Source: Podarcis filfolensis
Lineage: Eukaryota
DNA: 64,000 bases
Strand: one strand, 5' to 3'
Assembly (NCBI GenBank): GCA_964270895.1
Contig: OZ185435.1
The translations under genes were made by a program, and so were the position numbers. Below are positions 45,876 through 58,671 of the stretch, piece by piece. Positions within the stretch are counted from its first letter, which is position 1. Each line of letters opens with the position of its first letter. Under the pieces are notes generated by a model. It ran no database searches. It was not told where the DNA came from and worked only from the letters and a program-made list of their open reading frames with translations.

Positions 45876-47310
45876 TAGTTTAGCACAGGTTTTCACTTCT
45901 TCTGTGCCAGCTGAAGCAACAACGTAGGGCCAGGCTGCACAATGTTCAGAGGGGAGTTATTGCTCATTCCCCCATGCCCTTGCAAAACCTGCTGGGGCAA
46001 GCCTACAGATCAATGTACAGGATAAAGAAACTTCTTCCATCAAAATATCACATCACAAAAAGGGTATGTTGTTAGCTTGAAATTCTGTGAAAAGGAAATG
46101 CCAAATGGATCCATTTAGTCACAATATCAACTGATTTGACCAATGACGTCCAATCAAAAAATGCTCTAATTATACACGCTTCATTATATAAGTTGATTAC
46201 ATAAGGAGTTTGCCATACTGGAAGTTATATAATTTCTGCCACTTGCAGGGTGGCGTATGTTGCAAATTGTGCTAATTTTTTTGTAGGTTGGAATGCAAAT
46301 CCTTTGCAGTCTGAGAACACTGTGCCAAAACATCAATTCTAATTTTGGTTCTGATAAAACCAAAGTCTTTTTTTTTCATTCTGTTTTGTAGAGGTTTTGA
46401 AAAGCAAAGTATGACATAGCGTGTTTGCTGCATATTCAACTTTTGTGAGGCAGCAAAACAGGATGCAAGGCAAAGCCAGGGGTGAAGGAGAGGCTATGGT
46501 CAGAAACAAAGCAGCATAGGCTTTAACTGAAACAAAATAAAAAAATTCCTTCCAGGAGTACCTTAGAGACCAACTAAGTTTGTCTAAGGTGCTACTAGAA
46601 GGAATTTTTTTATTATGTTTTGACTACGGCAGACCAACATGGCTACCTACCTGTAAATAGGCTATAACTGTTAAACACTTTCTAAAATACCTTGTCTGAG
46701 AATACTATCAAAAAGGGGTGTGGTCAGCCTGCAATTTCCAAAAAGATAAGTTCCAAGACTGAAATTGTATGGAAACCCCTATACAATGAAGCCTTGTCCA
46801 TCAGTTTTAAATATATGAGGACAAACAGAAGTTGCTCAGTGACTGTACATACTTGTATGTATTTTTCTGTATTATATAATATTTCAAATCTGTTTCTTTA
46901 AATACAAGGCTTTGCCAAGCATGGAAGGGGATGTAATGAATGGATGTTGTTAAAAGGAATGTCTGCATGGCTGCAGGATTGCCAACAGCAGCAAGAGATT
47001 TCTTTTACTTATGCCGCTGGGATAAAGCCAAGCTCTAACTTTATATCCGGCTACTTATTGTTTGGGAACAGGCACACACTATATAGTTATTATTTAAATC
47101 AAAATATTTTTTACAAAACTTGTTTCTGCTTTCATTCTCTTAAAGAACTAACTAATTAAGAAGTGCCCAGATTGACAGCTGGATCACTTCTAGCTCAGAC
47201 AAGTAGCTAGAGAGCCATTTTCAGTTGTAACAGCACTGCTAATATTGGTCATATCTAGTATATCTGGATGATAAAGTCTGGAAGGAAGGCCTGTTCATTA
47301 ATTCTAAGTA

Positions 47311-47552
47311 CAGTGGTACCTCAGGTTAAGTACTTAATTCGTTCTGGAGGTCCGTTCTTAACCTGAAACTGTTCTTAACCTGAAGCACCACTTTAGCTAA
47401 TGGGGCCTCCTGCTGCTGCCGCGTTGCCGGAGCACGATTTCTGTTCTCATCCTGAAGCAAAGTTCTTAACCTGAAGCACTATTTCTGGGTTAGCGGAGTC
47501 TGTAACCTGAAGCGTATGTAATCTGAAGCGTATGTAACCTGAGGTACCACTG
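47311..47552. mobile_element. Tc1/mariner-type MITE, same family as 24874-25115
   Basis: TIR CAGTGGTACCTCAGGTT, TA flanks, nearly the same internal sequence. Confidence 0.9.
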
Positions 47553-49203
47553 TATGTACAGACAAGCTGAAGTTGTCCAGAATGCACACAGCCTCCTTGA
47601 CACAAACCTGTGCCTGCCACAGGCTGAGCTGGCCATACAAAGTCAATCTGAGGTCCCTTTGAGTCACAGGAGCAAAGTGCCTCCCAGGGACTGACACTTT
47701 CTAGAGGGAACTGTCTCATCCATAGTTCGCTGCCTAGAGGCTATATAGAGGAACAAGGAAGGGCTGGATCAGGGATGGTGCACTGGGGCCCTCCAGAAGT
47801 TGTTTGGCTCCTGCTTCTGTCAGTCACAGCCAGCACATGGCCAATGGTAGGAGATGATGCAACATCTGGAGCGCCACAGGTTCTCCATCCTTGGGCTAAA
47901 TAAGGGCATGCCAACAACAAGGGAGGGAATGTGTCAGCAAGTAGCCCACTGAATGCAGAGGCAGATGTAAACAGAATGTGTGAATCAACCTGGAGTAGCT
48001 ACTTCCCTCTGGGTCCATATGCCTCACCTCTCCCATGATCGTGTATCCTGCATTCATACTATTTCGGACTACGAAATGTAGTTTAATTGTATTTAACACA
48101 TAACTAATCTATAGTAAGTGAACATGAATAGGTGTATCCCAAACAGTGGAACATTAGGCACTCTGAAGGGTTGTAAGAAGCAATGCCCACAGGCGTTTCA
48201 TTAACATTTACCATTTTGTCCAAAGAGCAGGAGTCATGTCATCTATTGCTCATGACATTCCTTCAGACAACTGAGTTTCAATGATTAATTGTTTGGTGAT
48301 AGCAAATGCCAATGTGCCTCAGGATAAAACTGGCTTTCTCAATCAATCCAACAATTTATTGTGTATAGCCAAAGGCATTTACAATGAACAGCAGAGGGCA
48401 AAAGCAAGGCTGAAATCACACTGGCTTTCTGAAGCACGTCTTTATTATCCCGAACTGTTGAGGAAAGGCTAAGGAAGCTTTAATTGAAAAAAATGATCAT
48501 GCGCTACTTGAGAATTCCCCATGGTTCCTGGCTGGTAGCTACTGTAGGCAGAGAAATGAGTTTGATAGTATCTTGGCCCTAGCAAGGCAATTCTTGTTTT
48601 CTGATTACTGTTGTGGAACTTGTATATTCCCCTTGAGCAGAATGTTGGGACTGTTATTCAGCCCAAGGGCTACATTCCCTTCTGGACAACCTTCTGGGAT
48701 CCACAGACCAATGGTGGCTGGGGCCAGAGGCAAAAGTGGGCAGTGCAATAAACATGAATGCTATCTTTGCGTAGTAGCCTCATTTCCACACACGCACACA
48801 CACACAATTCTCCATCCTGTTGAGCAAGTAGGGCCATCAGAGTTGAAGGACACTTTCCAGCCAACCCGAAGCACTCAAAGAGCGGTGCTCTGAGGAGAGT
48901 CTTGAGGGCTAGATAAACCAGACTAGAGGGTCACATTTGACCCCAGACCTGGTCTAGAGAGCACTATGTAGTGAATATAGCAGATAGGATACAACAGCTT
49001 AGGTTGTGCAAAGACCTAACATAATTAGAAAGCTGAGGCCAATGTACTCTTTTCACAAACCATTGTGTTTTTTGGGTGGGTGTATTCTGCAACATGACCT
49101 TGATGTAATAATAGTGCACTAGGAATGGGTTTATACTGGGCCATACACATGCCATTCCCGTTTATCAGTTGTTCCATTATACTTCCCCGATGTTATTACA
49201 GTA

Positions 49204-49463
49204 CAGTTGTACCTTGGTTTTCAAACAGTTTAGTTCATGAACAACTTGGAACTTGAATGCCGCAAACCTGGAAGTAGGTGTTCTGGTTTGCAAACTTTGC
49301 CTCGGAAGCCAAATGTCCAGCGCAGCTTTTGAGGCTTCTGAGACTTCTGATTGGCTGCAGGACACTTCTACAGCCAATCGGAAGCCGCACCTTGGTTTCC
49401 AAATGTTTTGGAAGTCAGACGGACTTTCAGAACACATTCTGTTCAAAAACCAAGGTACAACTG
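49204..49463. mobile_element. Tc1/mariner-type MITE (third subfamily)
   Basis: TIR CAGTTGTACCTTGGTTTT with TA flanks. Confidence 0.85.
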
Positions 49464-50671
49464 TATTGCCATCTGGAGGGGCACTGTAACACTATATCAC
49501 AACAACAATGGGACACCCCCATCCCCAAATGGATTTTTTCTGCTACTTGTATGTCAACAGAAAGCTATGCTACATGCTCAAAAATGAAGCAAAACTTTTG
49601 CAGGAGCAAAGAGCATTAAAAGCAGAATCACACATCGTCACCCTGATATCACATCTCATCCTCAATACACAACGAAAAGGATGTCTGAAGGGGTCCTTGT
49701 TTCCTCTAGAATCAAATTCTGAGAACACTGATTCTCTTGGTTTGTAGAAGAAGCTGCTTGCGCACAGTGGTGATTGATTGATTCCTTTGACATCGCAAAT
49801 CCATATTCCCAAGAAAGTGTTTCAACTTAAAAATATATATTGCGGTTTGTTTAAATAAATAAAAATCAAAGCAATGAAAGAACATTCCATCAAATAAACT
49901 AGCAGGTGGTACAATATTGATAGGAAGGCAGGCTTCTTGCCTGGGGGTGGGGAATGACAAGACAGATGGTTGAATCAGCATTCAAATTGCTCTGAAGTAC
50001 AGGGAAAAAATCATTTTCATCTTGTGGAAGAAAACTATATGGCAACCCCTTTTCCCCCACCCCTTAAAGGTATGCTTGTACATGCCCTTAGAACAAAAGC
50101 AGTATTATTCTCTAAATGCCCACATGGAATAGTGTTTCCAGCCAATACAGATGTCATGTGGGCGATCCCTCCCAACTTTTAAATAGCCATGGGCTGCTTC
50201 AGTTTTTATCAGAGTTACTGGTGCTGCCAAAGGGGAATCCATGACATTTTCTAGAACTAAATCACCCCCTTAGCCAAAACTGCTGTCAGCCCTGCCTGAG
50301 GTAGTGGATAGAGACAAGTACATGGTTGGTTCCTTCCTGTAATTTCCCCCCTAGTGTGGCTAATAACAGCTTCATAGGAGGGTCCATTTAGATTGGGGGG
50401 AAATGGTGTGGAATCAACTTGATTTGAGAGGAGAGCATCTCTGTGCATAGTTGGAGAGCCCTTCTTTCATCTCCGTCTCATCACAACTGCCCTATCTTCT
50501 TCTGAGGTCAGGGGAAGGACTTTTAAGGACAGTGATCATGACTTCCAGGCAGCTTTGAGACTTGGACATGCCACAATTGGGCCTTCAGTTTCTGCTCTTA
50601 GTTTGTCAGTGGGTTGTAAAATTTTATATTTAATCTTCCTCCTTCCTCCTGCCTTTTTCTTCTTGTAACAG

Positions 50672-50789
50672 CAAGAGCGCCTTGGGGAGATTTGCTTCTC
50701 ACTCCGATATGTTCCCAGCACCAGCAAATTAACTGTGGTCATCGTGGAAGCCAAAAAGCTCAAGCGGATGGATGCACATGGCCTGTCAG
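50672..50789 (+). CDS. SYT8: SYT8 exon 6 (C2B: [36 protein letters not shown])
   Basis: 118 nt, GTAACAG| and |GTAATG. Confidence 0.95.
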
Positions 50790-51715
50790 GTAATGGGAGA
50801 GGATAGCTGGAGCTCACTGTTCAAAGTGAAGGGATGTGAAATAGATGTAGGGCCCCCTCAAATGAAGTCTGGAAGTCTGGGATCATCTTTGACCTACTAC
50901 AACCTGGAGGACATCTTGCCCTGACTTCCCACTGCCCTTGAAAATAGGAAAGATGCCTTGATCATAAGAGCTGCACACCTATCTCTCATGCCATGACAGA
51001 GAATTTGCTTGTCTGCTGCTGCTGATATTCAGATCACGCTGCTGGAACAATACTTTAGGGCAAAGATTTACATCTTAAGATAAGGGAACTGTGTCAAATC
51101 CGAGTGAGTCTTATTTTTTAGAAGCTAGCAAGGAATTATCCCTGCCTCCTCCAAAAGATATCTGAAGAGCAGTTTAGTCTCAGGATGACCCTTTAAGGAA
51201 GGACAGGCTGCATCCAAGGCTCAACAAGACCATTCAACACGTTTCACGAGCAAGAGATTTGAACCTGGGTTCCCACTCCAAAGCCAACACCAAGTCCTAG
51301 AAACTGTACCACTAGCTGCTGGCAAAGCTAAGTAGTGATGAAGGAGCTAGGAGAGGGGTGGGGAACTTGTATCCCCCCAGATGTTGCTGGACTACAACTC
51401 CCATCATCTCTTGCAGCGTTGCTGGGGCTGATGGGCATTGGAGTCCAGCAACATCTGGAGAGCCACAGGTTCCCTGCTCCTGAGTTAGGATGTGTGATGA
51501 AAGTCCAAAAGCTTTGGATGTGGTGATAGGATACCCTTTGTAAGGTTGGGGTCTTGTGGAAAATGGTCCCATTTTGAATTACCGGTAACTTGGTTTATAA
51601 AGACCTCAGAAAGAGACCTTATTCAGTACAGCCCCCTTATATTGTAGGAATATATAGATTGCTTCTTCAGACTGTCAACAGTTTCTGACTTTCCCCTCTC
51701 CCTCCTCCATCCCAG

Positions 51716-51849
51716 ATCCCTATGTCAAAGTGCAGCTTATTCTGAATAAAAAGAGATGGAAAAAGAAGAAGACAAGTGTAAAGAAAAACACATTACATCC
51801 CTACTTCAATGAGGCATTTGTTTTTGAAGTGCCCCTCAGCTTGATCCAG
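51716..51849 (+). CDS. SYT8: SYT8 exon 7 (C2B polybasic: [35 protein letters not shown])
   Basis: 134 nt, CATCCCAG| and |GTATGT. Confidence 0.95.
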
Positions 51850-52599
51850 GTATGTTTCCTCTGTCCAGAAGGCACCATTTCATGGCAGACACATGTTTCT
51901 AGGGAATTAGCATTAACCTAGACATCTTTGCTTGTTGCCTGTGCAGAGGATCTGCTACGAGGACTTCTCTTGTTACACTGAAATATGCTTTGATGGCTAC
52001 AGCTGTTCTTGCTCTTGCATATCTGTTACTGAGCCTCTCCTTCTCTACCAAAGGCTAATAATTGTTTTGCACATAAGAAAACTTACACAAAACTTACAAA
52101 TAAAAGAATGTCAACACCATATTCATATCTAGCCACACAACACCTGCATTAATGGTGCGAAGCTGTAGCTCAGTGGTGGAGCATCTGCTTTGCGTGCAGG
52201 CTAGGACAGACCCGTCTGAAACTCTGAAGAGCTGCTGCCAACCAGCGTCCTGAACTAGGTGGAGCAAGGGCCTGACCAATGGCAAGACAGCTTTCTATGT
52301 AAAGGAGATGCCCTTTAGATTTCTGCAGCATCACAGGGGCTGCTTTTCCATGGATTCAACCCATGGCATTGGTGCAAAGTTTAAAGGCCTACCACCATGG
52401 GGACATGGCCCACGGTACAGGTCCTTATGATGCAGTTGTTTCCTATTTGAGGTTGGGGCTGGCAGTTGGGTGGTAACTGATGTGTCCAGCGTCCTGGAAC
52501 AGTTGGGTGATAACTGGTACTGATGACGTGATGGTGGCCTTTAAACATTTCCCGCAGTGCAAATAGATAAATTCCATGCCACTACTATAACATCTAAAG

Positions 52600-52715
52600 C
52601 AGGGGTAGGGAACCTGTGGCCCTCCAGATGTTGCTGGACTACAACTCCCACTGTCCCTCTGGCCATACTGGCTGGAATTGATGGGCATTAGAGGGCTACA
52701 GGTTCCTGATCCCTG
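52600..52715. mobile_element. hAT MITE
   Basis: CAGGGGTAGGGAACCTGTGGCCCTC...CCCTG, TSD ATCTAAAG/ATCTAGAG. Confidence 0.75.
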
Positions 52716-52949
52716 ATCTAGAGAACATAACAGTACAGAGGCAACCTTATGGGAAGAGGAGGATATGTGGTACATCGTGTCTGCAATGTGATAAAGCTCT
52801 CCCCACTCAGTGTTAAAACTACTTTAATGTACCTGTAGGTACACATTGGGCGTATGCTTCCTGAAAAGAATACATATTCCTCAAAGCTTCCATACTGCCC
52901 CCTGCTTCTTTCTATCCTCTCATCTCATTGCTTTGTGTCTTCTTTCCAG

Positions 52950-53183
52950 AATGTAGACCTGGTGATTTCTGTCTGGGATCGTGACAAAGTGTCCAAAGAT
53001 GACCAGATTGGGAAGCTGTTTCTCAGCTGCCGAGCAACAGGCAACCAGCTACGTCACTGGTCGGATATGCTGGCCAATCCTCGCAGGCCTGTAGCACAGT
53101 GGCACAGCTTGCAGCCCGTGGAAGACGTTGACAAAACCCTGGGACTGAAGACTCGCTTCAAGCTGCCACTACCGAACAGCTAA
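52950..53183 (+). CDS. SYT8: SYT8 last coding exon (NVDLVISVWDRDKVSKDDQIG...HWSDMLANPRRPVAQWHSL...KLPLPNS*)
   Basis: 234 nt, CTTTCCAG| acceptor, TAA stop. NVDLV and LPLP.S terminus are SYT8-like. Confidence 0.95.
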   Translation, partial: NVDLVISVWDRDKVSKDDQIGKLFLSCRATGNQLRHWSDMLANPRRPVAQWHSLQPVEDVDKTLGLKTRFKLPLPNS

Positions 53184-53636
53184 GAACAAAACAAACCTCT
53201 CCACTGGAGAAGATAACCCCAATGTGCTTGGCTAGTAGGAAAAGTTTGCAAAGGAGCAGCTGGTAGCAGAAATCACAGTGTAGCATCATGATCACTTAGT
53301 CAAAAGTGTTCTGAAGGAGAATATTGATCGCTCTTTGCTTGAACTCAGACTCTAAAGGATATTTATCTTGGATGAGTGGGAATCCAAATGTGTGTATGTG
53401 TCTACAACCCATCACCATGAAATGCAGTCACTGTTTCTTCATGACGAAGAGAAGCACACAAGATTCACAAGGCTGTACTAGCTTGGATTTAAAGTGATGC
53501 TACTAACAGGATGTGCGGAAGGCCATGTGCGGACATGTGTGGAGCAGGAATTTCCACCGGGCCTATAAACATATTTGCAATCAATGCTCATTGCCCATGT
53601 TAAAAATCTTAAAAATTCAGGGAACACACCCACACA

Positions 53637-53683
<47 letters not shown>

Positions 53684-53684
53684 A

Positions 53685-53918
53685 CAGTGGTACCTCGGGT
53701 TACATACGCTTCAGGTTACATACGCTTCAGGTTACAAATGCCGCCAACCCAGAAATAGTACCTCGGGTTAAGAACTTTGCTTCAGGATGAGAACAGAAAT
53801 CGTGCAGCAGCAGTAGGAGGAGGCCCCATTAGCTAAAGTGGTGCTTCAGGTTAAGAACAGTTTCAGGTTAAGAACAGACCTCCAGAAAGAATTAAGTTCT
53901 TAACCCGAGGTACCACTG
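53685..53918. mobile_element. Tc1/mariner-type MITE between (TA)n tracts
   Basis: TIR CAGTGGTACCTCGGGTTA; same family as 24874-25115, opposite orientation. Confidence 0.9.
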
Positions 53919-53924
53919 TGTGTG

Positions 53925-53969
<45 letters not shown>

Positions 53970-53990
53970 CTACTAACAAACAGCTTGCTA

Positions 53991-53996
53991 AATAAA
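53991..53996 (+). terminator. Candidate SYT8 polyadenylation signal
   Basis: First AATAAA found by eye after the SYT8 stop codon. Confidence 0.35.
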
Positions 53997-54074
53997 AAGA
54001 GACAGGTTAAATCGAAAGAATCAAATAAATTCTCCTTTCAACATTGCTGCTAGGTATTTTAGACAGGTTTTTCA

Positions 54075-54415
54075 GAGGACATAAGAGCCTGCTGGATCAG
54101 GCCAATGGCCCATCTAGTCCAGCATCCTGTTCTCACTGGCCAACCACATGCTTAAGGGAAACCCACAAGAAAGTCCCAAGCACAAGAGCACTCTTCCTTC
54201 CCTGCGGTTTCCAGCAACTGGTACCCAGAGGCATCATTGCCTCTGCCTGTGGAGGCAGAGCATAGCCATTATGGTTAGTAGCCACTGATAGCCCTCTCCT
54301 CCACGATTTGTCTAATCCTCTTTTAAAACCATCCAGGTTGGTGGTCTTCACTGCCTCCTGTGGGAGCGAGTTCACAGTTTAATGATGAGCTGCATGGAGT
54401 ACTTTCTTTTCTGTA
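54075..54415 (-). mobile_element. CR1 LINE 3' end
   Basis: MNSLPQEAVKTTNLDGFKRGLDK and a CR1-type 3' UTR (…CCATTGGCCTGATCCAGCAGGCTCTTATG). Confidence 0.8.
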
Positions 54416-56769
54416 ATAATCAGGTGTATGTGTGCCTGCTCCTTAGAGTATACCAAGAAAAAAGCACACCAAGAACTCTGGCCAATAAAAGTTTCAATAG
54501 TGGGAGTGGTCCCTACTCACAAATCAAAAGTAAATTGTAACAAAAACTAATTGACTATTGATTTGCGAGTTATGGGGATCCGAAACAAGATCTGTGTGTG
54601 AATTCTCAGCAACAAAAGAAAGCAAGCAGGGAGGGACAAATAAATCTTTATGGTTTCAATTTATTATGTTTGGGGCCAACAAAGAATAAATATGCTCAGT
54701 GTGACACAAAGGAGCATGTTATATCATTATTTTGTTCCAGCTGGGTACATTTGCTGCTTACGTTGCCAGAGACATGTATGGATTGCAATTGCCACCTGCC
54801 ACTACTATCAAGTGTGTCAATAAATGCTGCAATAACTAGGAGAAGATCTTGATTCCTCCTGCTACTAACCTCTTTGGAAGTCAAGTGTAGCTCAGCATTA
54901 TGCCACTCTATCTTGTTCCTTCCCCTGGTACTTCTTCTTCACTATCCCTGCAGGGTTTATTGTCCACAAATGGATTTGTGAGATGATATTAAAAACAGGT
55001 TCTTCCTCTTATTTGTGGAACAAGCAAGCAAAGACTTTCTGTTTCTGGATCTCAGGCAGTGACGTCTGCCATCATATAGAGAGCAGTATCTTGGATACCC
55101 AAAATGAGCAGTGGTCCACCAATCGCAATTGGCTCTGTGGAGGAGTAGACCCTTCATAAATGACTGGGGCTGCTTGGCTGTTTGATTTATTCAAGCAGCC
55201 CCAGCAGGAGCTGCAAACTGGCAAGTTTTTAGCAACAAGGAAGCAAAAATAAAAACCAGTTCATCAGTCTCCGACACTCCTGCTTTTAAAGCTAGGTAAG
55301 TGCCATTATGTATATTTTATTTTAGCCATTCTCAGCTGGAGTCCTGAAGAAGAATGAGGAAACTGATCTGCATCATGTAATGCTGCCTCCTTCTTGTTTA
55401 GCTGACCTTGAAATATGGCCAAGGATCAAACTGAATGTTTTTGCTCGGCCACCAAACTGAACTGCAGGATTCCTGTGTATTTTAGAGCATAATCCTGTAC
55501 TTAGAAGTATTCCCAGGTCAGTGGGTCTAGGACTGCAGCATAAGGCTAGTAGCTGAATTAAGCCTACAAATCTATAAACACACTTAGAGACCTTGAACTC
55601 AACAAGGCTTACTTTTTATGCAAAACAGCGGTAACAGAGACTATTTACCATGAAGGACAGTTATCTATGTAAAATAAATGTGGTAGCAAATAAATCATTC
55701 TAAAAATACATTTCCCTGCAACTCAGAAAGCATACTTTTACATTTATATGTAATGAATGCACATATTTTATGTAATGAATGCACATATTTTATAACACAA
55801 TAAGACAGAATAACATCCAGAATTTCCACATGGAGAAAGTTGTAAGATTGAGCTTTCAAATGTGATAGCAATCTTTTGTTGCTCAGATTGATACCATGGC
55901 CGAATATGCCTTGATAAAAAAAATGGCATGCTCTTTATTTGCAATCTGTATATGTAGGGAGAAACAAGATCCTTCATCTAGTAAACAGCCCTACTAAATA
56001 GCCCATTTGGCTATTTAACCATGCTGTATGGATACCCAAGCTTTTCACTCAACTCGTGAAAATCAGTAAAACATTAATGATTTTGTTGCAATTATATGTA
56101 CTGTAAGTAGGATTATCTGGCCCCGATACTTTAATTACCTGCAATACACAGAACTAGGAAACATCACCAGCAACCGGGTTGTCAGAGTGGCTATAACTCT
56201 GTTATCTTTCCACCAAAGAATCCTTAAGGCTAGTACTGTAGAATCTTAAAGACTAACAAATTTGTTCTGGAAAAAGTTTTCATGGACCAGCTGCATAAAT
56301 ATTATTCTCAATTGGTGAGAATAGCATCAGATGCATGACATGTTATTCTCCGTTGGCAAATGTGTGCGTGCGCACACACAGCATATATGTGTGAAAAAAT
56401 GGAGATAGAGTCAAATGGCAATGATATGCAAAAATTACAGGATGAAAATACAATTAAAGTTTAAATACATGTGCAGTAAGCACAGTGACTATTCACAGGA
56501 GCCATACTTAGTGAGGGGGTGGAAATCCCCATCCACACAAACACATACACCCCCTAAAAGCAGTACTGTCAATCTTAGTCGAACACCCATCTGCTCTCAG
56601 GAGATTGATACAGCAGCATTTTTTTTCATCACCTCAGAGTTACAAGAGACAAACCAATAAGATCCACCCACAGGACGCTTTGCAAATGCACAGTGTGTTC
56701 TTTGGATTTATTTAAATACGAGCGATCCGACAGATGATTCCGAGATGATCTCTCCCCCACCCCCCGCCC

Positions 56770-57330
56770 CCAACTACAGCCTTGTCTCTGAGCAAGAGAA
56801 AAAATTTGCCTGCCAAGCACTTCGTGGCACGCGCTGAAAGCGACACAGACGCGGGCCACGACCACGGGGGCGGGCCAAGTTCGCCGCCCACCGCGGGCAG
56901 GCGAGGGGCGTTCCTGGGAAGGCGGAGGCGCCCCGCTTGCGCCTCGCAGACTACATTTCCCATCCTGCCCTTGCACGGTCCTCGCGGCCCCCCTTCTTTC
57001 CCTCGCCAAGAGATGGCTAGGAAACGCCGAGAGTCTGGCGTGGATCTCGGGGCGCGGAGCTCCTTCCTGGCAGGTGCAGCGCAGGGCGATCCTCGAGGGC
57101 TGCGTCTGGAAGCGCAGCCAGAACTTTAGCCCGAAGTTCTGCTGCAGAGCGCGGCGCCACTTCCCGTCGAGGCGGAGAAAGGAAGCTGCGAGCCCCGACT
57201 CCGCGTATGTGGGGCTGCCCGACGGGCGGAGAGGGGCGCGCTGGGGATCTGGCGGGCAAAACTTGTAGCGTGGCCTCTGCCACGGAAGTGGGCTATGGGA
57301 TCAGGGAGGGGGAGCTGGCCGCCCCCGGAG
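56770..57330. promoter_or_regulatory. CpG island, probable promoter of the downstream DUSP-fold gene
   Basis: Strong local CpG and GC enrichment with GC boxes (GGGCGG) in an otherwise CpG-poor window. Confidence 0.8.
56949..56969 (+). promoter_or_regulatory. ZNF143/SBS-type promoter motif (GACTACATTTCCCATCCTGCC)
   Basis: Close match to the ACTACA(A/T)TTCCCA motif typical of CpG-island promoters. Confidence 0.65.
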
Positions 57331-58671
57331 TCTTTTATTGCTGGTTTTGCTTTGTTTGTTTTACGTCTGATGTCTCAGAATAGTTTATATCTTTCTCTTT
57401 CCTTTCCCTTGGTGAGCTTTATTGTATGCGCTCGTAAACTTCCTGCTTTGTGGTGGGTGCTCTGGGAAAGGACCGGGGCACCAACGTTGCCATTTTTCCT
57501 ATAAGACCCCAGTGCCTCTGAATACCAGTCGCTGGGGGTGAATTGGGGGCGGGGGACAACCGTGGTAGCCAGGGTACTATTGCCCTCATATCCTACTTCC
57601 CAGGAGGTATCTGGTTGGCCACTGTGGCCAATAGGAAACTGGAGGAGATTGGTCCTTGGTCTGATCCATTAGGGCTCTTTTTATGCTCTTGTCTTCTGGA
57701 TGAGACCAAGATGTGGGTAGCCCAGCCCCAAGGGTCAAGTGGGGTGGTCTCAAGCAAGCAGTGACCTTCCGTCCTTCTGCTCCTGCGTGTGTGCCAATAT
57801 CAAGTAATCGGAGATTGCCTCCGAACGTGTTCCGGTTTGTGTGGGAATGTGTAAACATCATTTACAACACAGTGCCAGTTTGCGCATTTGATGTGGGGTG
57901 ATTAATCTCAATGTGGAACATTTATAACATCATGCCGGATGGTGGTTAAATATACAAGACAGAGAAGCCGACATTGTGTAATGAAAGCTGGAGCATAGGG
58001 GGCAGGGGAGATAACTCGGGAAAGAAGACATTATATTGATTCTGGATCATTGCTTGATATTCTCCTGCCCGCCTACACAACATCCACTTCTGTGCTGTCA
58101 GAGTTCCTCTTTCTAATGCTTTGGAGCAACATGCTTTCAGGCTGGCTCTTAGAAGGCAGCTACAGCTGCACCCTGAACTGATGGGGACTCTCCACAGCCA
58201 GAGTTACAGCTTTGTCTACAAGTGATGTTAGGAATTAAAATTATTACAATTATTGAATAATTATTCAAGAACTCCAAAAGAGCTACAGCTCACAAACAAT
58301 GTCGTCGTTTCCCAGGGATGAGAGCTTCCTCTTGCAAGCACTTAAAGCTACTTTTAATAATCAGACAGCTCCCCTGAATATTTCAATTAATAATGCCACA
58401 TTTCCCCTTCATTGTGACTTTCCCCAGGCATAAGGTATATAACTGCTTGCTTTCTCGTTCCTATATAATCTTACTGCTCATATATGGATATATACTTTGG
58501 CGTGTTTTCACAATATGAGGAACTTTATAATTCTAACAAGCAACTTGCTGCTTTCTTCATTTCAGTTGGGGACCAACCTGTTTATGGTTTCTACTTGAAT
58601 TCTTCTTCTGAATCTGCAACCTGATTTTTTTTTAAAAAAAGTTCTACAAGTTCAGCAGTGAGTTTCAAATA

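Noticed and set aside
54954-55295. Selenoprotein reading of the TGA-only frame
   Set aside because: No CxxU-type context and no SECIS identified; CpG decay or chance is simpler.
55747-55790. 22-bp tandem duplication (a 23-bp one also lies at 62124-62169)
   Set aside because: Ordinary two-copy slippage duplications; no spacers, so not CRISPR-like.
56629-57283. Several overlapping Arg/Pro/Gly-rich ORFs
   Set aside because: Expected from the low stop-codon frequency in a CpG island.
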